A DNA stretch of 63,577 nucleotides, from assembly GCA_028344335.1 (NCBI GenBank), contig JAOMAZ010000003.1, positions 1 through 63,577 on the forward strand, in the 5' to 3' direction. A model generated the notes under the pieces. The model ran no database searches, had not been told where the DNA came from, and saw only the letters and a list, made by a program, of their open reading frames with translations. This document shows, piece after piece, positions 8,008 through 17,226 of the stretch. The stretch comes from Deltaproteobacteria bacterium. GTDB lineage: Archaea > Thermoplasmatota > Poseidoniia > Poseidoniales > Poseidoniaceae. The position numbers were made by a program, and so were the translations under genes. How positions within the stretch are numbered: the first letter of the stretch is position 1; each line of letters begins with the position of its first letter.

Positions 8008-9325
8008 CTCGGCGCGAATCTCTGGGGAAGGGAATGACTTCCCGAATATGTTCGGCTCCGGCCAACCAAGCGATGACTCTGTCAACTCCAAGTCCGAACC
8101 CTCCATGAGGCACACCACCATAGCGACGGACATCTATGTAGAATTCGTAGGCTTCTCTAGGCGTACCTTCTTCGTCAATTCGTTCAAGGATTTCTTGTTC
8201 GGACCAAGTTCTTTCTCCGCCGCCGATGATTTCTCCGTATCCTTCAGGAGCTAGTAAGTCGTGACATAGCACATATTTGTCATCCTCTGGGTCTGGGCGA
8301 TGGTAGAATGGTTTGGCGACCTTAGGGTAATGAGTTAGGAAATGAGGGAGTTCGAAATCTGCAGTCAGTATTTTTTCCTTGGAGTAGTCGAGGTCATCTC
8401 CCCATTCAATATCAACGCCCAATGCTTGTAAGCGCTCAACAGCCTCATCATAACGGATGCGAGGGAATGGGTTTTCTGCGAAGCGTCTAATCATCTCCAA
8501 ATCTCTACCTAAGGATTCTAACTCAGCGCTTCTTTCTTCCAATAAGGTTGCGCAGATATGGCGAACTAATGCTTCTCCATGGGCCATAACATCATCGTTG
8601 CCGCCCCACGCGATTTCCATTTCTGCATGCCAAAATTCCGTCAAATGACGGCGAGTTCGACTCTTTTCAGCACGGAATGAAGGGGCGATTGTGTACAATC
8701 TCTCTAGCGCTGGCATTGCTGCTTCAGCATATAGTTGCCAAGATTGGGTCAAGTATGCTTTACGTCCGAAGTATGGAACTTCGAACAATGTACTACCACC
8801 TTCAACTGCACCTGCTACGAAACAAGGCGCTTGGTATTCAACAAAGTCGAGGCCACGGAAATAGGAATGAATCGCACCAAATACACTGGAACGAATCTTC
8901 AGCATGGTTGTCATTCGACTAGTTCGTAAGTAGAGATGGCGATTATCGAGCAAGAACTCTGTTTCACCACCATCTGCTGCAGCCATTGCACTTTCGGTAA
9001 TTGGAAATGGCGCTTCAGGATTAACCGAACCGATGATTTCAACATCAGATACAGAAATTTCATTACCTCCAGAGCGTTGATCTTCTTTCACAGTCCCAGT
9101 GATGACAAGCGAGGATTCGATCAATGCGGATTTCAGGTCAGCAAATTTTTGCTCATCCAAAGTGTCTTTTTTCGCCACACATTGGATATTTCCAGTAGAA
9201 TCTCGTAGGCTCAAAAAGATGATTTTTCCACTTGAGCGGCTGCGTTTAACCCAGCCTTGAATACTAATCTCCTGCTCAACCATATCTCCACTCTGTAAAT
9301 CGGAAATCCACAAGTCTTTGGCCAT
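7997..9325 (-). CDS. asnS: Asparaginyl-tRNA synthetase
   Basis: Class IIb OB-fold N-terminus (QGWVKRSRSSGKIIFLSLRDSTG). AsnRS-type motif 2 FRAEKSRTRRHLTEFWHAEMEIAW. Motif 3 GGFGLGVDRV. Start set at the ATG of MAKDLWISDL (rc of 9323-9325); the longer ORF-track N-terminus is an unsupported extension. Confidence 0.9.
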   Translation of the reverse strand: MAKDLWISDLQSGDMVEQEISIQGWVKRSRSSGKIIFLSLRDSTGNIQCVAKKDTLDEQKFADLKSALIESSLVITGTVKEDQRSGGNEISVSDVEIIGSVNPEAPFPITESAMAAADGGETEFLLDNRHLYLRTSRMTTMLKIRSSVFGAIHSYFRGLDFVEYQAPCFVAGAVEGGSTLFEVPYFGRKAYLTQSWQLYAEAAMPALERLYTIAPSFRAEKSRTRRHLTEFWHAEMEIAWGGNDDVMAHGEALVRHICATLLEERSAELESLGRDLEMIRRFAENPFPRIRYDEAVERLQALGVDIEWGDDLDYSKEKILTADFELPHFLTHYPKVAKPFYHRPDPEDDKYVLCHDLLAPEGYGEIIGGGERTWSEQEILERIDEEGTPREAYEFYIDVRRYGGVPHGGFGLGVDRVIAWLAGAEHIREVIPFPRDSRRVTP

Positions 9326-9440
9326 CAGAATCAACCCAACTACCACTTCCAAACGGCGATTATACTTCAATGGCATGTATGGCATTGTTGCTAATACAAT
9401 CTTGCTCAACATTGAAGGGTTCATAGTTGTCCGAAAGTTT

Positions 9441-10385
9441 GTGGTTTCACAATCAACTGCTGATTTAAGGCGGCAAACGAGGGTTGCAGTATATGCAATC
9501 GGAGGCAATGCACTAAGCGACCCAACTTCGCAAAAGTCCTCAAAAGAAGTCTTAGAAAAGGTCATGGATGACATCATAAATCTGCTTGAAGCAGGCTATC
9601 GTCTATTGATTACCCATGGAAATGGTCCACAAGTTGGAGACTTGCTAATGTTGGAAGAAACCTGCTTAATCGAGCGCACACGTGTTGGATTAGATGAATG
9701 GGTAGCAGCAACTCAAGGGATGATTGGACATACCTTATCATTAAACTTAGAGAGGCACTTATCGAAAAAACATCGGCCTGAAAGAACTGCAGTTGTACTA
9801 ACAAGAGTGGAAGTCGATGAAGGCGACATTGCCTTTGCAGCCCCAACAAAACCGGTTGGACCTATTTTGGATGAGGATACGATTGCAAGTATGGACTGGG
9901 ATGTTGCAACCACTGCACATGGTGCGCGAAGAGTTGTGCCATCTCCTAAGCCTTTGAGAATACTTGATTTGGAAGTTATCAATAGTTTACTAGAATTAAA
10001 TGCGGTGGTAATTTGTGCTGGAGGAGGTGGGATTCCAGTGGTTATGGATGAGGTCCCCAGAGGTGTTGCTGCTGTTATCGACAAGGATCGGGTTAGTGCA
10101 TTATTAGCTTGTGATTTGAAGGCTGATTTGTTGGTTTTTTCTACAGGTGTTGATGCTGTTCGAAGGGATTTTGGTTTGGATAGTGAAGAAGTTATTCTTG
10201 AGATGGATGTTGATTTGGCCCAGTCATTGTTGAATGAAGGGCAGTTGCCTGCTGGCTCGATGGGGCCTAAGGTTGAGGCGATGATTGAGGCGCGGATTAA
10301 TTCTGAGACGGTGAATATTGTTCTTTGCCAGCCTGGAGATGTGCTTGGGGCTGTACGTGGAGATTGCGGAACGCGGTTGGTTTGA
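9441..10385 (+). CDS. arcC: Carbamate kinase
   Basis: RVAVYAIGGNAL ... LLITHGNGPQVG hallmark pair. ~314 aa from the GTG at 9441. Alternative starts are ATG 9375 or TTG 9318; known carbamate kinases begin only a few residues before the GGNA motif, which favours the short start. Confidence 0.85.
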   Translation: MVSQSTADLRRQTRVAVYAIGGNALSDPTSQKSSKEVLEKVMDDIINLLEAGYRLLITHGNGPQVGDLLMLEETCLIERTRVGLDEWVAATQGMIGHTLSLNLERHLSKKHRPERTAVVLTRVEVDEGDIAFAAPTKPVGPILDEDTIASMDWDVATTAHGARRVVPSPKPLRILDLEVINSLLELNAVVICAGGGGIPVVMDEVPRGVAAVIDKDRVSALLACDLKADLLVFSTGVDAVRRDFGLDSEEVILEMDVDLAQSLLNEGQLPAGSMGPKVEAMIEARINSETVNIVLCQPGDVLGAVRGDCGTRLV

Positions 10386-10422
10386 GTAAGCATTATTTTA
10401 CAAGGTGAAATATTAACCTATC

Positions 10423-10463
10423 GCGTGTGCGGATATCATGTTTTTTTGGTGTTCAGCACACGC
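10423..10463 (+). terminator. 8-bp hairpin (GCGTGTGC...GCACACGC) enclosing a T7 run, 38 nt downstream of the arcC stop
   Basis: GCGTGTGC at 10423-10430 pairs with GCACACGC at 10456-10463. T7 lies at 10441-10447. Archaeal termination typically uses oligo-T tracts. Confidence 0.35.
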
Positions 10464-10505
10464 TCAGGTTCGAACCCCAAGGACCTTTGTTGGTGATGAT
10501 TTTAG

Positions 10506-10579
10506 CGGGCCTGACGGGGTTCGAACCCGCGGCCACCTGGTTAAGAGCCAGGTGCTCTACCTGACTAAGCTACAGGCCC
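10506..10579 (-). tRNA. tRNA-Lys (anticodon CUU)
   Basis: Hand-folded cloverleaf on the minus strand. Acceptor GGGCCTG/CAGGCCC, D arm GCTT..GAGC, anticodon arm CCTGG-CTCTTAA-CCAGG, T arm GCGGG-TTCGAAC-CCCGT, discriminator G. No encoded CCA. Confidence 0.9.
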
Positions 10580-10627
10580 AATCCGGCCGGAGTGAATCCC
10601 CTTCAAAACATTGGCGGAACTTGATGG

Positions 10628-11368
10628 TCAAGATGAGAGCCTGCCATCAGGCTTTGTTAGAGTCTTGATACCATCATTTCCTGCAAGGATAACCATGTCG
10701 CAGATATTGTTGAAAAGTCCGACTTCGCATACACCTGCTAGACCTTGAAGGGTTTTCTCCGTAGCGATTGGATTATCGATATTAGGGCCGCATTGAGCAT
10801 CCAAAATTAGGTTTCCATTGTCGGTTGCAAAGGCACCACCTTCGATTTCGACATCTCCTAATTTTTCAACATCGCCACTTCGTAAAATGACTTGACATTT
10901 CAGAATCCTCTCAATTTGCCTCCTTGTCTCCTGCCAAGAGAATGGAGTGACTTCGATTGGTATCGAAAATCCTCCTAAAGTTTGAACTTGTTTTCTCTCA
11001 TCCGCCACTACGATCATGGCATTGGACGCTTGTGCCACGATTTTCTCTCGAAGTAATGCCCCACCTCCTCCTTTGATAAGTTGGAACTCGGGGTCAAATT
11101 CGTCGGCCCCGTCGATGACGATGTCAAGCCCTTCGACTTCTGAGAGTTCAATCAGCGTTATTCCGACCTCTAATGCCAAGTCTCTGGTGGCGATTGAAGT
11201 TGGAACTCCCACAATGTTGAGTCCTTCAGCGACTCTTCTACCTAATTCAATGACCGTGTACTTGACGGTGGAGCCAGTTCCTAGGCCAACTTTCATACCT
11301 TCTTTGACAAATGCAGCAGCAGCAATTCCTGCTTCGGCCTTTAGTTGCTCAACATCCTTCGCCATCAT
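10628..11368 (-). CDS. rpiA: Ribose-5-phosphate isomerase A
   Basis: GLGTGSTV, IDGADEFD and KGGGGALLREKIV motifs, ~246 aa. Confidence 0.9.
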   Translation of the reverse strand: MMAKDVEQLKAEAGIAAAAFVKEGMKVGLGTGSTVKYTVIELGRRVAEGLNIVGVPTSIATRDLALEVGITLIELSEVEGLDIVIDGADEFDPEFQLIKGGGGALLREKIVAQASNAMIVVADERKQVQTLGGFSIPIEVTPFSWQETRRQIERILKCQVILRSGDVEKLGDVEIEGGAFATDNGNLILDAQCGPNIDNPIATEKTLQGLAGVCEVGLFNNICDMVILAGNDGIKTLTKPDGRLSS

Positions 11369-11477
11369 GTCAACCGGCCCTATGGGCCGTTATTCATTAT
11401 GATGGTTGAGAAGGCTAATTTTAGCATTGGGCAGGCACAGAAGTCTCTTAGAAGGTTGACGGTATGAACAAGCAGCC

Positions 11478-14400
11478 ATGCACCGGAGTAGCATAACAGC
11501 CCGGCCAGCGCTGCTGGTTGGATTATTGATGATGATGAGCATGGCACCTATGATTGCAACCTTTAGCGAGGTGGACTCACCCACAAGCGAATTGCAAGAT
11601 GACTTTGTCTATGATACAGGAATGAACGAAAAACTGGTTAATATACCAGCATGGCCAAATGGCACCAGCGACAGTTATCGTATCTCTGTACCGGATGGTC
11701 ATGCAGTTGATGCGTTGAGTTTGGGGGTGGCAGGCCACATCCTACCTAGGTCCGAGGAACTTTCTTGGGAATATCCGGCCGATTTCAATGATAGCCGAGC
11801 AGATTTCAGCAATGTCGGTTTCAATCAAACTGGGCTGACTGTATTGCCAGTTGGTTTCGACTTTGACTTTGAGAACAATACCGGCTCCCAATGGACCTTG
11901 AGTGGTGGTGGGTGGGCAATCGGTCAGGATACAGCTTTGAGCGGTAATCGCGTAAGTGGCGGGTCTAATGCTCTTTACACCTACAATGGAAATTATCCTA
12001 ACAGCCTAAGTACCACATATTGGGCAACAAGCCCTTCAATAAATTGTGGACATTGCAGCGGTTCTTGGGAGTTGTCTTTCATGCGCCGCCTTGGAATAGA
12101 GTCATATTATTATGACCATGTCTACGTACAAGCGAAGGATTCCAATGGAAATTGGCAGTCGGTTTGGTCTCATTCAAGTTCGACCATCAATGAAGGTTCA
12201 TTCACTAAGCAAACCTATACGATAACAAATCAGGTCACTGGAAATTCAGACTTACAAATCCGCTTTGGAATCGGTACAACAGACGGCTCGGTGACTTACA
12301 CAGGTTGGAATATCGATGATATCCATATTCAGCCAACTTCAGGAGTTCAGAATAATCATGGGACATGGACTTCACCTTCGCTTGGATATTCAGATGATGC
12401 AGATGTGATTCTTGCCCCTGGACCATATGGATTGATGAGCCTAGTCGGTGTTTTCCCAACTGATTCAAGCCTTTCTTGGAGTATTCTTGATGCAGATTAT
12501 GATACTCCAATCACTGGTTTTTCAGCTCGCGATGATTTGGTTGTTGACCTTGGAACAATTGATTGGACAGAGCACAAACACATACGTTTTCATGTTGAAA
12601 TGAGTGAAGGAAGTGGAGGTACGCCTTGGATTAAGTCGATCAACATGAATGGCCGCTGGCGCAGTGAAATGATTCAATACGTCGTTGATGATAATTGGGA
12701 ATTAACAAATTGCTCTTGGTTTGAAAATGGCGGAGAAGGAATCATTCGCGGCAGTGTCGAGGGCAAAATAGCACCGCCACAGTTCAATTTAGCACGCCCA
12801 ACTTCAAGGATAATCACCGATATCAATTCAACGGGACCTGTTGCTTTAGGATTCTATGATTTTGAGGGGGTATGGAAGGCACTTCCTGACAAAGGCGTGG
12901 TTAATTTGCCAACTCATATGTCAGAAATCCAGTTTGAATTTAGAGCCGAATCCGATTTCTGGTCGCTCAGCGACTTTGTCATCGACTTGAATGGTGGAGG
13001 AATGGTTCAAGATTTGTCCATAGATATGGCTCATGATGGAGTTGAAGAATGGGCTCTTGATGACATAACTCTTGGCTGGCTTGGGCATCAGAACCGCTTT
13101 GCCAATGGAGAGATCTCTCATCAGATGATAATGCAACCTTCGGTTTCTCAACAAATTGAAATTGTTCTGCCTCAGATTGAAGTTGAATCATTCAGCATGG
13201 ACTTGACTCCAGTTGCCACAGAGATCAAGAATTTGGAAGTTGATGCCCTTGTTGACGGTCAAGTAATCTTCGAGAGGGATTTTGGAACGACCAATAAATC
13301 AGTTATGCTTAATCTCAGTAAGGAGGAACTGACAAACCTAACTGTAGCCTTGGAAGCCGCACCCTCTACCGTATTATCTGATGCTTTGGCGACCGCAAGA
13401 ATGACTTTATCAATCAGTGGAACGACTGGAACATTATTGGCTCGCGGCTTGTCTGTCATTCAGCAACCAGAGTTAATCTTAGACTTTGATTCCCAATCTG
13501 CTTTACTAACTGCTTTGAATGACGAGGTTGCTGATAAGCTCGGTAGTGGCGGCACTATTGAAGTCCCGTTAACATTGAAAATGGCTCTACCAGGGGCAGT
13601 CAAGGTATCGATCGTTAATATCAACACTTCACATGCAAGTATGACTAGCAACCTCAACTGGTTTAACGACTCAGCTACCCTGACCCCATCAGCAGTAAAT
13701 TACGAAGTTGAGGCCAAACATTTGGTCTTCAATGGCAGCATGAGTGGAGTACAATTGGATTTCATTTCCCTAGGGCATCGTGTTAGTTTTTTGCAGCAGA
13801 TGGATGGAACAGTCTCTCAGTTATCAGGCCAGCAGGGTTTGGTTTTCTTGAGTATAGAAGGCGGATTATCAAATGATTCTGGCAATGAAGTTTTCACTAA
13901 GCACGCCTTTCAGGTATCGCGAGATTGGGATGATGAGCCATGGCTTGACTTCAGAATCCGCCCAGTTATGGATTCCGGAATCCGTGGATTATCAAAGGTT
14001 GAGAAGTTTGGTCAAGGTCCTATGCAAGGCATAGAGAATGATATCGAGGTTATTTCATGGTCCATCATCAATGATGCAGGCAAGCAAGTACCATTCGATT
14101 CACCATACCTTCGCTCTAATACTTGGGTCGATGTAAATGTCGATATGCACTTTGAGGATTTACCACAACAGTTCCCACGCCCTGGGGAAGTCGATGTAAA
14201 TTTGTATTTGGATGGAGTGCAAAAGGCTAACGGAACAGTTGACCTAAATGGTACAGCAACACTTTCAGTCTTAGTTCCTTCAAGTGCAGAAGCAATCGTC
14301 TTTACGCTTATGGTTGAAGCAGGAGATTCACAAGATATTTTCTTCCGAGTTAAGGATAATCATTCCTTCAATACTGATTCATTACACCCTGTTTTAATTG

Positions 14401-16661
14401 CAAGCAATATCCGCTTCTATGACCACAGGCCATCTTCACAGGCTCAATTATTGGAGTTCAATATCAGGGATGTACCTGTTTTACCTCATGCAGGTACACT
14501 GATGCTTTGGCGTTCTTGGATTGATGACAATGATTCTAACGGCATCCCAGATGCTGGAGAGCACTATACAATGGCAATGCAAGTTCCAACCCAACTAAAT
14601 ACAACTGAGGGAATTTATAGTGCTAATGTTAATGATTTATCTGGCGCACAGGGAGACTTGGTTTCAGGCTATATTGTGATGACTGATGCAGCCGGTAATG
14701 CCTTGATTGGCGGTGGAGGTCCTGGATGGGACAATCATCTATTCATGTATCAAATAAAGGAGGATTCTGCGCCATTAGTTCGCACAACTTCTGCTGGACA
14801 CGTTGGTGGAAATATTGCTTGGATGCACCCTGGTGAAGAGCAGCACATGCAATTCCCATTTGATGAAGCAAATGGTCGCAGTGATGTTGCCTCAGTAAGG
14901 GTGGAATTGGCCAGTACAATACCAAGTTCTCCAATGGCAGTTATTTGGAGTGGATCAACAGGTGTTTGTAGCACTAGTGATCAATATCTTGAGATTCTAT
15001 CATGTGGTGTTCTCTCTCGTAGTAGAGATGAAAGCCCATTTGCAAGCGATTTAGTTTTTGACTTACAATTCAAGATAAATTGGCCAATGCCTGTCGACAC
15101 ATCAACTCAGAGAGAGCCTACGATTGAGGTGTTAGATAGAGCCGGTCAAGGCTCATATTCCATTTTACCCCATTTGAGGTGGAAGTATAGTACTGACCTG
15201 ATGATAGATGCTTCATCAATCAGCATCATAGTTGATAGCATCAGCCAAGATGCAAGTGGAGCTTGGGTTAAGCCTGGCCAAACTGCATCTGTATCTGCAA
15301 TAATTAACTGGCAAGATTCTGCAACTATAGCCGAGCAGTTATTCGATATTTCAGGCCGCTTCAATGGCAAGAATATCCGCAGCATCTCAGAAAATGGTTC
15401 CTTCACAATAGATGTTGTCATGCCTTCTGTCTCTGGTGAGCACGCCTTAGTTCTGGCTCTCGATAACCTACCAACAAATGCAAACGATATGACCGACCCA
15501 GATGGTGTAACCATATGGTTCGTTGTCGATGCAACTTCACCAGCTATCACCGAAGTTGTTGCACCACGTTCAGGAGCCACACTTTCTCTTGATTCACTAT
15601 CAAATGTGATAGTCGAATTCCGAATTCAGGAAGAGATAAAAATGCAGCAAGAAGGCTTGATGCTTAACTGGCAAGTTCGTAGAGTGGATTCCAATATGCC
15701 ACTCGCCGAAGGAATGGTTGGTGCTGAGTTTAGTGATTCTCGCAGTAGTGGCATTGCAATCCCTGCTCATGGCCTGATAGATCTGTCTAATATTCTACCA
15801 ATTGAGGCTTATGAAGACCAGTTAATTCTGGATGTATGGGTTAGTGGGCAAGATCATGCGGGCAATGCTTTCTCTACCTTTGGAAACTCTGCCTCTCAGG
15901 CAATGGCTTCGTGGGAGATTCAGATGGTGAAAGCGATGTTCAAGTTGAGCGGAAAAGTGTTAACTTCAGTAGATGGTATGTCTTTTGTTGGAGACGATAT
16001 TATCGTTGATGCACAAGTCATCAACTACGGTCTCAAAGAAGGAAGTGTCGATGTGCTAATCGAAGTTGTTGATATCGACGGAAGCCGTTTGGTCATCCTC
16101 GATACAACAGTGGAAATCAACTACGATGAGAGTGAATTAATGAGAGCCGATTGGCAGATCAAAAAGACTGGTGAGTACCATTTTGTGGTTTCACTAGATG
16201 ATGTTGAAGTTGGCTCAACCAACTCGATTATTATCAGCCAAAACGTCGAGGAAGACTGGTTATCACTTTCAATCATTGGCGTCGACCCGATCTTTATCTG
16301 GGTATTTTTCATGCTGCTTATTGCGCTAATGGTAGTTCTGGGCGTATTCATGAAAGGAGAAGGAGACTCAGGGAGTTCCGTATTTGATGAGGAAGAATCA
16401 GGTGAATATGTTGAGGAAGCAAAGGCATATGCGGCACTCCCTGGGGATCAATCTTGGAAAACTGCTGAAGACCAAGCACAGGAACAACCTGCTTATGTCG
16501 AAGGAATGGCGCCAGCAGTTGCCTCTGTAGCAATGCCATATGGAACAATTCCAGCCCAGCACTATGACCCCTACTCGGGACAGACCAATCCACACATGGC
16601 TGGTGCGCAGGCTAGCCCCTATGTAGCCCCCCCTGGAGCAGGTTCCGAGTACCATCAGTGA
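11478..16661 (+). CDS. Giant (1727 aa) surface protein: signal peptide, MAM-like jelly-roll region, many beta-rich domains, CARDB-like membrane-proximal domain, TM, Pro/Tyr-rich cytoplasmic tail
   Basis: N-terminal RPALLVGLLMMMSMAPMIATF. LQIRFGIGTTDGSVTYTGWNIDDIHIQP (MAM-like). C-terminal TM IFIWVFFMLLIALMVVLGVFM, followed by ~100 aa that is acidic and then P/Y-rich (MPYGTIP, DPYSGQ, SPYVAPPGAGSEY). Confidence 0.85.
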   Translation: MHRSSITARPALLVGLLMMMSMAPMIATFSEVDSPTSELQDDFVYDTGMNEKLVNIPAWPNGTSDSYRISVPDGHAVDALSLGVAGHILPRSEELSWEYPADFNDSRADFSNVGFNQTGLTVLPVGFDFDFENNTGSQWTLSGGGWAIGQDTALSGNRVSGGSNALYTYNGNYPNSLSTTYWATSPSINCGHCSGSWELSFMRRLGIESYYYDHVYVQAKDSNGNWQSVWSHSSSTINEGSFTKQTYTITNQVTGNSDLQIRFGIGTTDGSVTYTGWNIDDIHIQPTSGVQNNHGTWTSPSLGYSDDADVILAPGPYGLMSLVGVFPTDSSLSWSILDADYDTPITGFSARDDLVVDLGTIDWTEHKHIRFHVEMSEGSGGTPWIKSINMNGRWRSEMIQYVVDDNWELTNCSWFENGGEGIIRGSVEGKIAPPQFNLARPTSRIITDINSTGPVALGFYDFEGVWKALPDKGVVNLPTHMSEIQFEFRAESDFWSLSDFVIDLNGGGMVQDLSIDMAHDGVEEWALDDITLGWLGHQNRFANGEISHQMIMQPSVSQQIEIVLPQIEVESFSMDLTPVATEIKNLEVDALVDGQVIFERDFGTTNKSVMLNLSKEELTNLTVALEAAPSTVLSDALATARMTLSISGTTGTLLARGLSVIQQPELILDFDSQSALLTALNDEVADKLGSGGTIEVPLTLKMALPGAVKVSIVNINTSHASMTSNLNWFNDSATLTPSAVNYEVEAKHLVFNGSMSGVQLDFISLGHRVSFLQQMDGTVSQLSGQQGLVFLSIEGGLSNDSGNEVFTKHAFQVSRDWDDEPWLDFRIRPVMDSGIRGLSKVEKFGQGPMQGIENDIEVISWSIINDAGKQVPFDSPYLRSNTWVDVNVDMHFEDLPQQFPRPGEVDVNLYLDGVQKANGTVDLNGTATLSVLVPSSAEAIVFTLMVEAGDSQDIFFRVKDNHSFNTDSLHPVLIASNIRFYDHRPSSQAQLLEFNIRDVPVLPHAGTLMLWRSWIDDNDSNGIPDAGEHYTMAMQVPTQLNTTEGIYSANVNDLSGAQGDLVSGYIVMTDAAGNALIGGGGPGWDNHLFMYQIKEDSAPLVRTTSAGHVGGNIAWMHPGEEQHMQFPFDEANGRSDVASVRVELASTIPSSPMAVIWSGSTGVCSTSDQYLEILSCGVLSRSRDESPFASDLVFDLQFKINWPMPVDTSTQREPTIEVLDRAGQGSYSILPHLRWKYSTDLMIDASSISIIVDSISQDASGAWVKPGQTASVSAIINWQDSATIAEQLFDISGRFNGKNIRSISENGSFTIDVVMPSVSGEHALVLALDNLPTNANDMTDPDGVTIWFVVDATSPAITEVVAPRSGATLSLDSLSNVIVEFRIQEEIKMQQEGLMLNWQVRRVDSNMPLAEGMVGAEFSDSRSSGIAIPAHGLIDLSNILPIEAYEDQLILDVWVSGQDHAGNAFSTFGNSASQAMASWEIQMVKAMFKLSGKVLTSVDGMSFVGDDIIVDAQVINYGLKEGSVDVLIEVVDIDGSRLVILDTTVEINYDESELMRADWQIKKTGEYHFVVSLDDVEVGSTNSIIISQNVEEDWLSLSIIGVDPIFIWVFFMLLIALMVVLGVFMKGEGDSGSSVFDEEESGEYVEEAKAYAALPGDQSWKTAEDQAQEQPAYVEGMAPAVASVAMPYGTIPAQHYDPYSGQTNPHMAGAQASPYVAPPGAGSEYHQ

Positions 16662-16715
16662 GCATCATAGCCGATGCAAGACTTGATGGCAAATGCCGAT
16701 ACGAGAATAATACGT

Positions 16716-17021
16716 GGAGGGAGCAGGAGGACCGCTGACAGGGTTAGACCCTGAGGAAAGTCCCCTCTCCGTAGTGCAAACGGTCCGGGGCAATCCGGAT
16801 GCCTGGGAGGGCAGGCTCTGTAGCAGAAACGAACAGTACAGGGGTAGTACGATGATGCTGAAAAGCGGAGGTTTCCCGATTGCTGATGAGACGAGCATCC
16901 CCGTTGGAGCAAGTCCAAACAGACCCGTCGACGCGGCACGCAGAGGGTCGGGTAGGACGCATAGTTGAATGCGGTTAACCGTAAATGGCGAACAGAAAGG
17001 GGCTTACTCCCTGCTCCCTCC
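16716..17021 (+). ncRNA. rnpB: RNase P RNA (archaeal type A-like)
   Basis: 12-bp P1: GGAGGGAGCAGG (16716-16727) pairs with CCTGCTCCCTCC (17010-17021). CR-I GAGGAAAGTCC at 16753-16763. CR-IV/V-like ACAGAAAGGGGCTTAC at 16992-17007. GC-rich, with only mutually overlapping ORFs on both strands. Ends are approximate to +/-5 nt. Confidence 0.85.
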
Positions 17022-17226
17022 ACCCCTCTGCGTCGGACAGGGCGTAGAGTTAGTTTGGCACTCCTCATGGTGTGCCTTGGCCTATTTGAACCAATTTACT
17101 AGAAAACAAGGGGTAGGCAGTGTACTAGGGGACTGAACACCCATTGTACTCTTCCATAATGTCTTGAGGGGTTTGGAAGAGCCCTTGCGATTTAGGGGGA
17201 ATGATATGTCTTTAGTTATTAGTGCA

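Noticed and set aside
9326-9577. 84-aa N-terminal extension of the asnS ORF, and the TTG/ATG-extended N-terminus of arcC (9318-9440)
   Set aside because: The two extensions overlap each other head-to-head and add residues with no similarity to AsnRS or carbamate kinase N-termini. Internal starts give canonical protein lengths.
9713-10393. 226-aa Ser/Thr-rich ORF antisense to carbamate kinase
   Set aside because: It has low-complexity composition and is fully nested opposite a gene with strong motif support.
10464-10480. GGTTCGAACC T-loop-like sequence ~30 nt from tRNA-Lys: possible tRNA remnant or att site of an integrated element
   Set aside because: The flanks do not form a T stem (G-G mismatch), and there is no acceptor, anticodon or D arm. 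Identity to the tRNA-Lys 3' half is only ~11 nt, and there is no integrase nearby. It is most likely chance plus the adjacent terminator hairpin.
10438-10668. 76-aa ORF on the + strand
   Set aside because: It runs antisense through tRNA-Lys(CUU) and into the 3' end of rpiA, so it is not coding.
11016-11402. 128-aa Ser/Pro-rich ORF antisense to rpiA
   Set aside because: It is an antisense shadow of a gene with strong RpiA motifs.
16655-17068. Four mutually overlapping ORFs (72-137 aa) on both strands
   Set aside because: They lie entirely over the RNase P RNA (P1 helix, CR-I and CR-IV motifs). GC-rich structured RNA typically yields such spurious ORFs.
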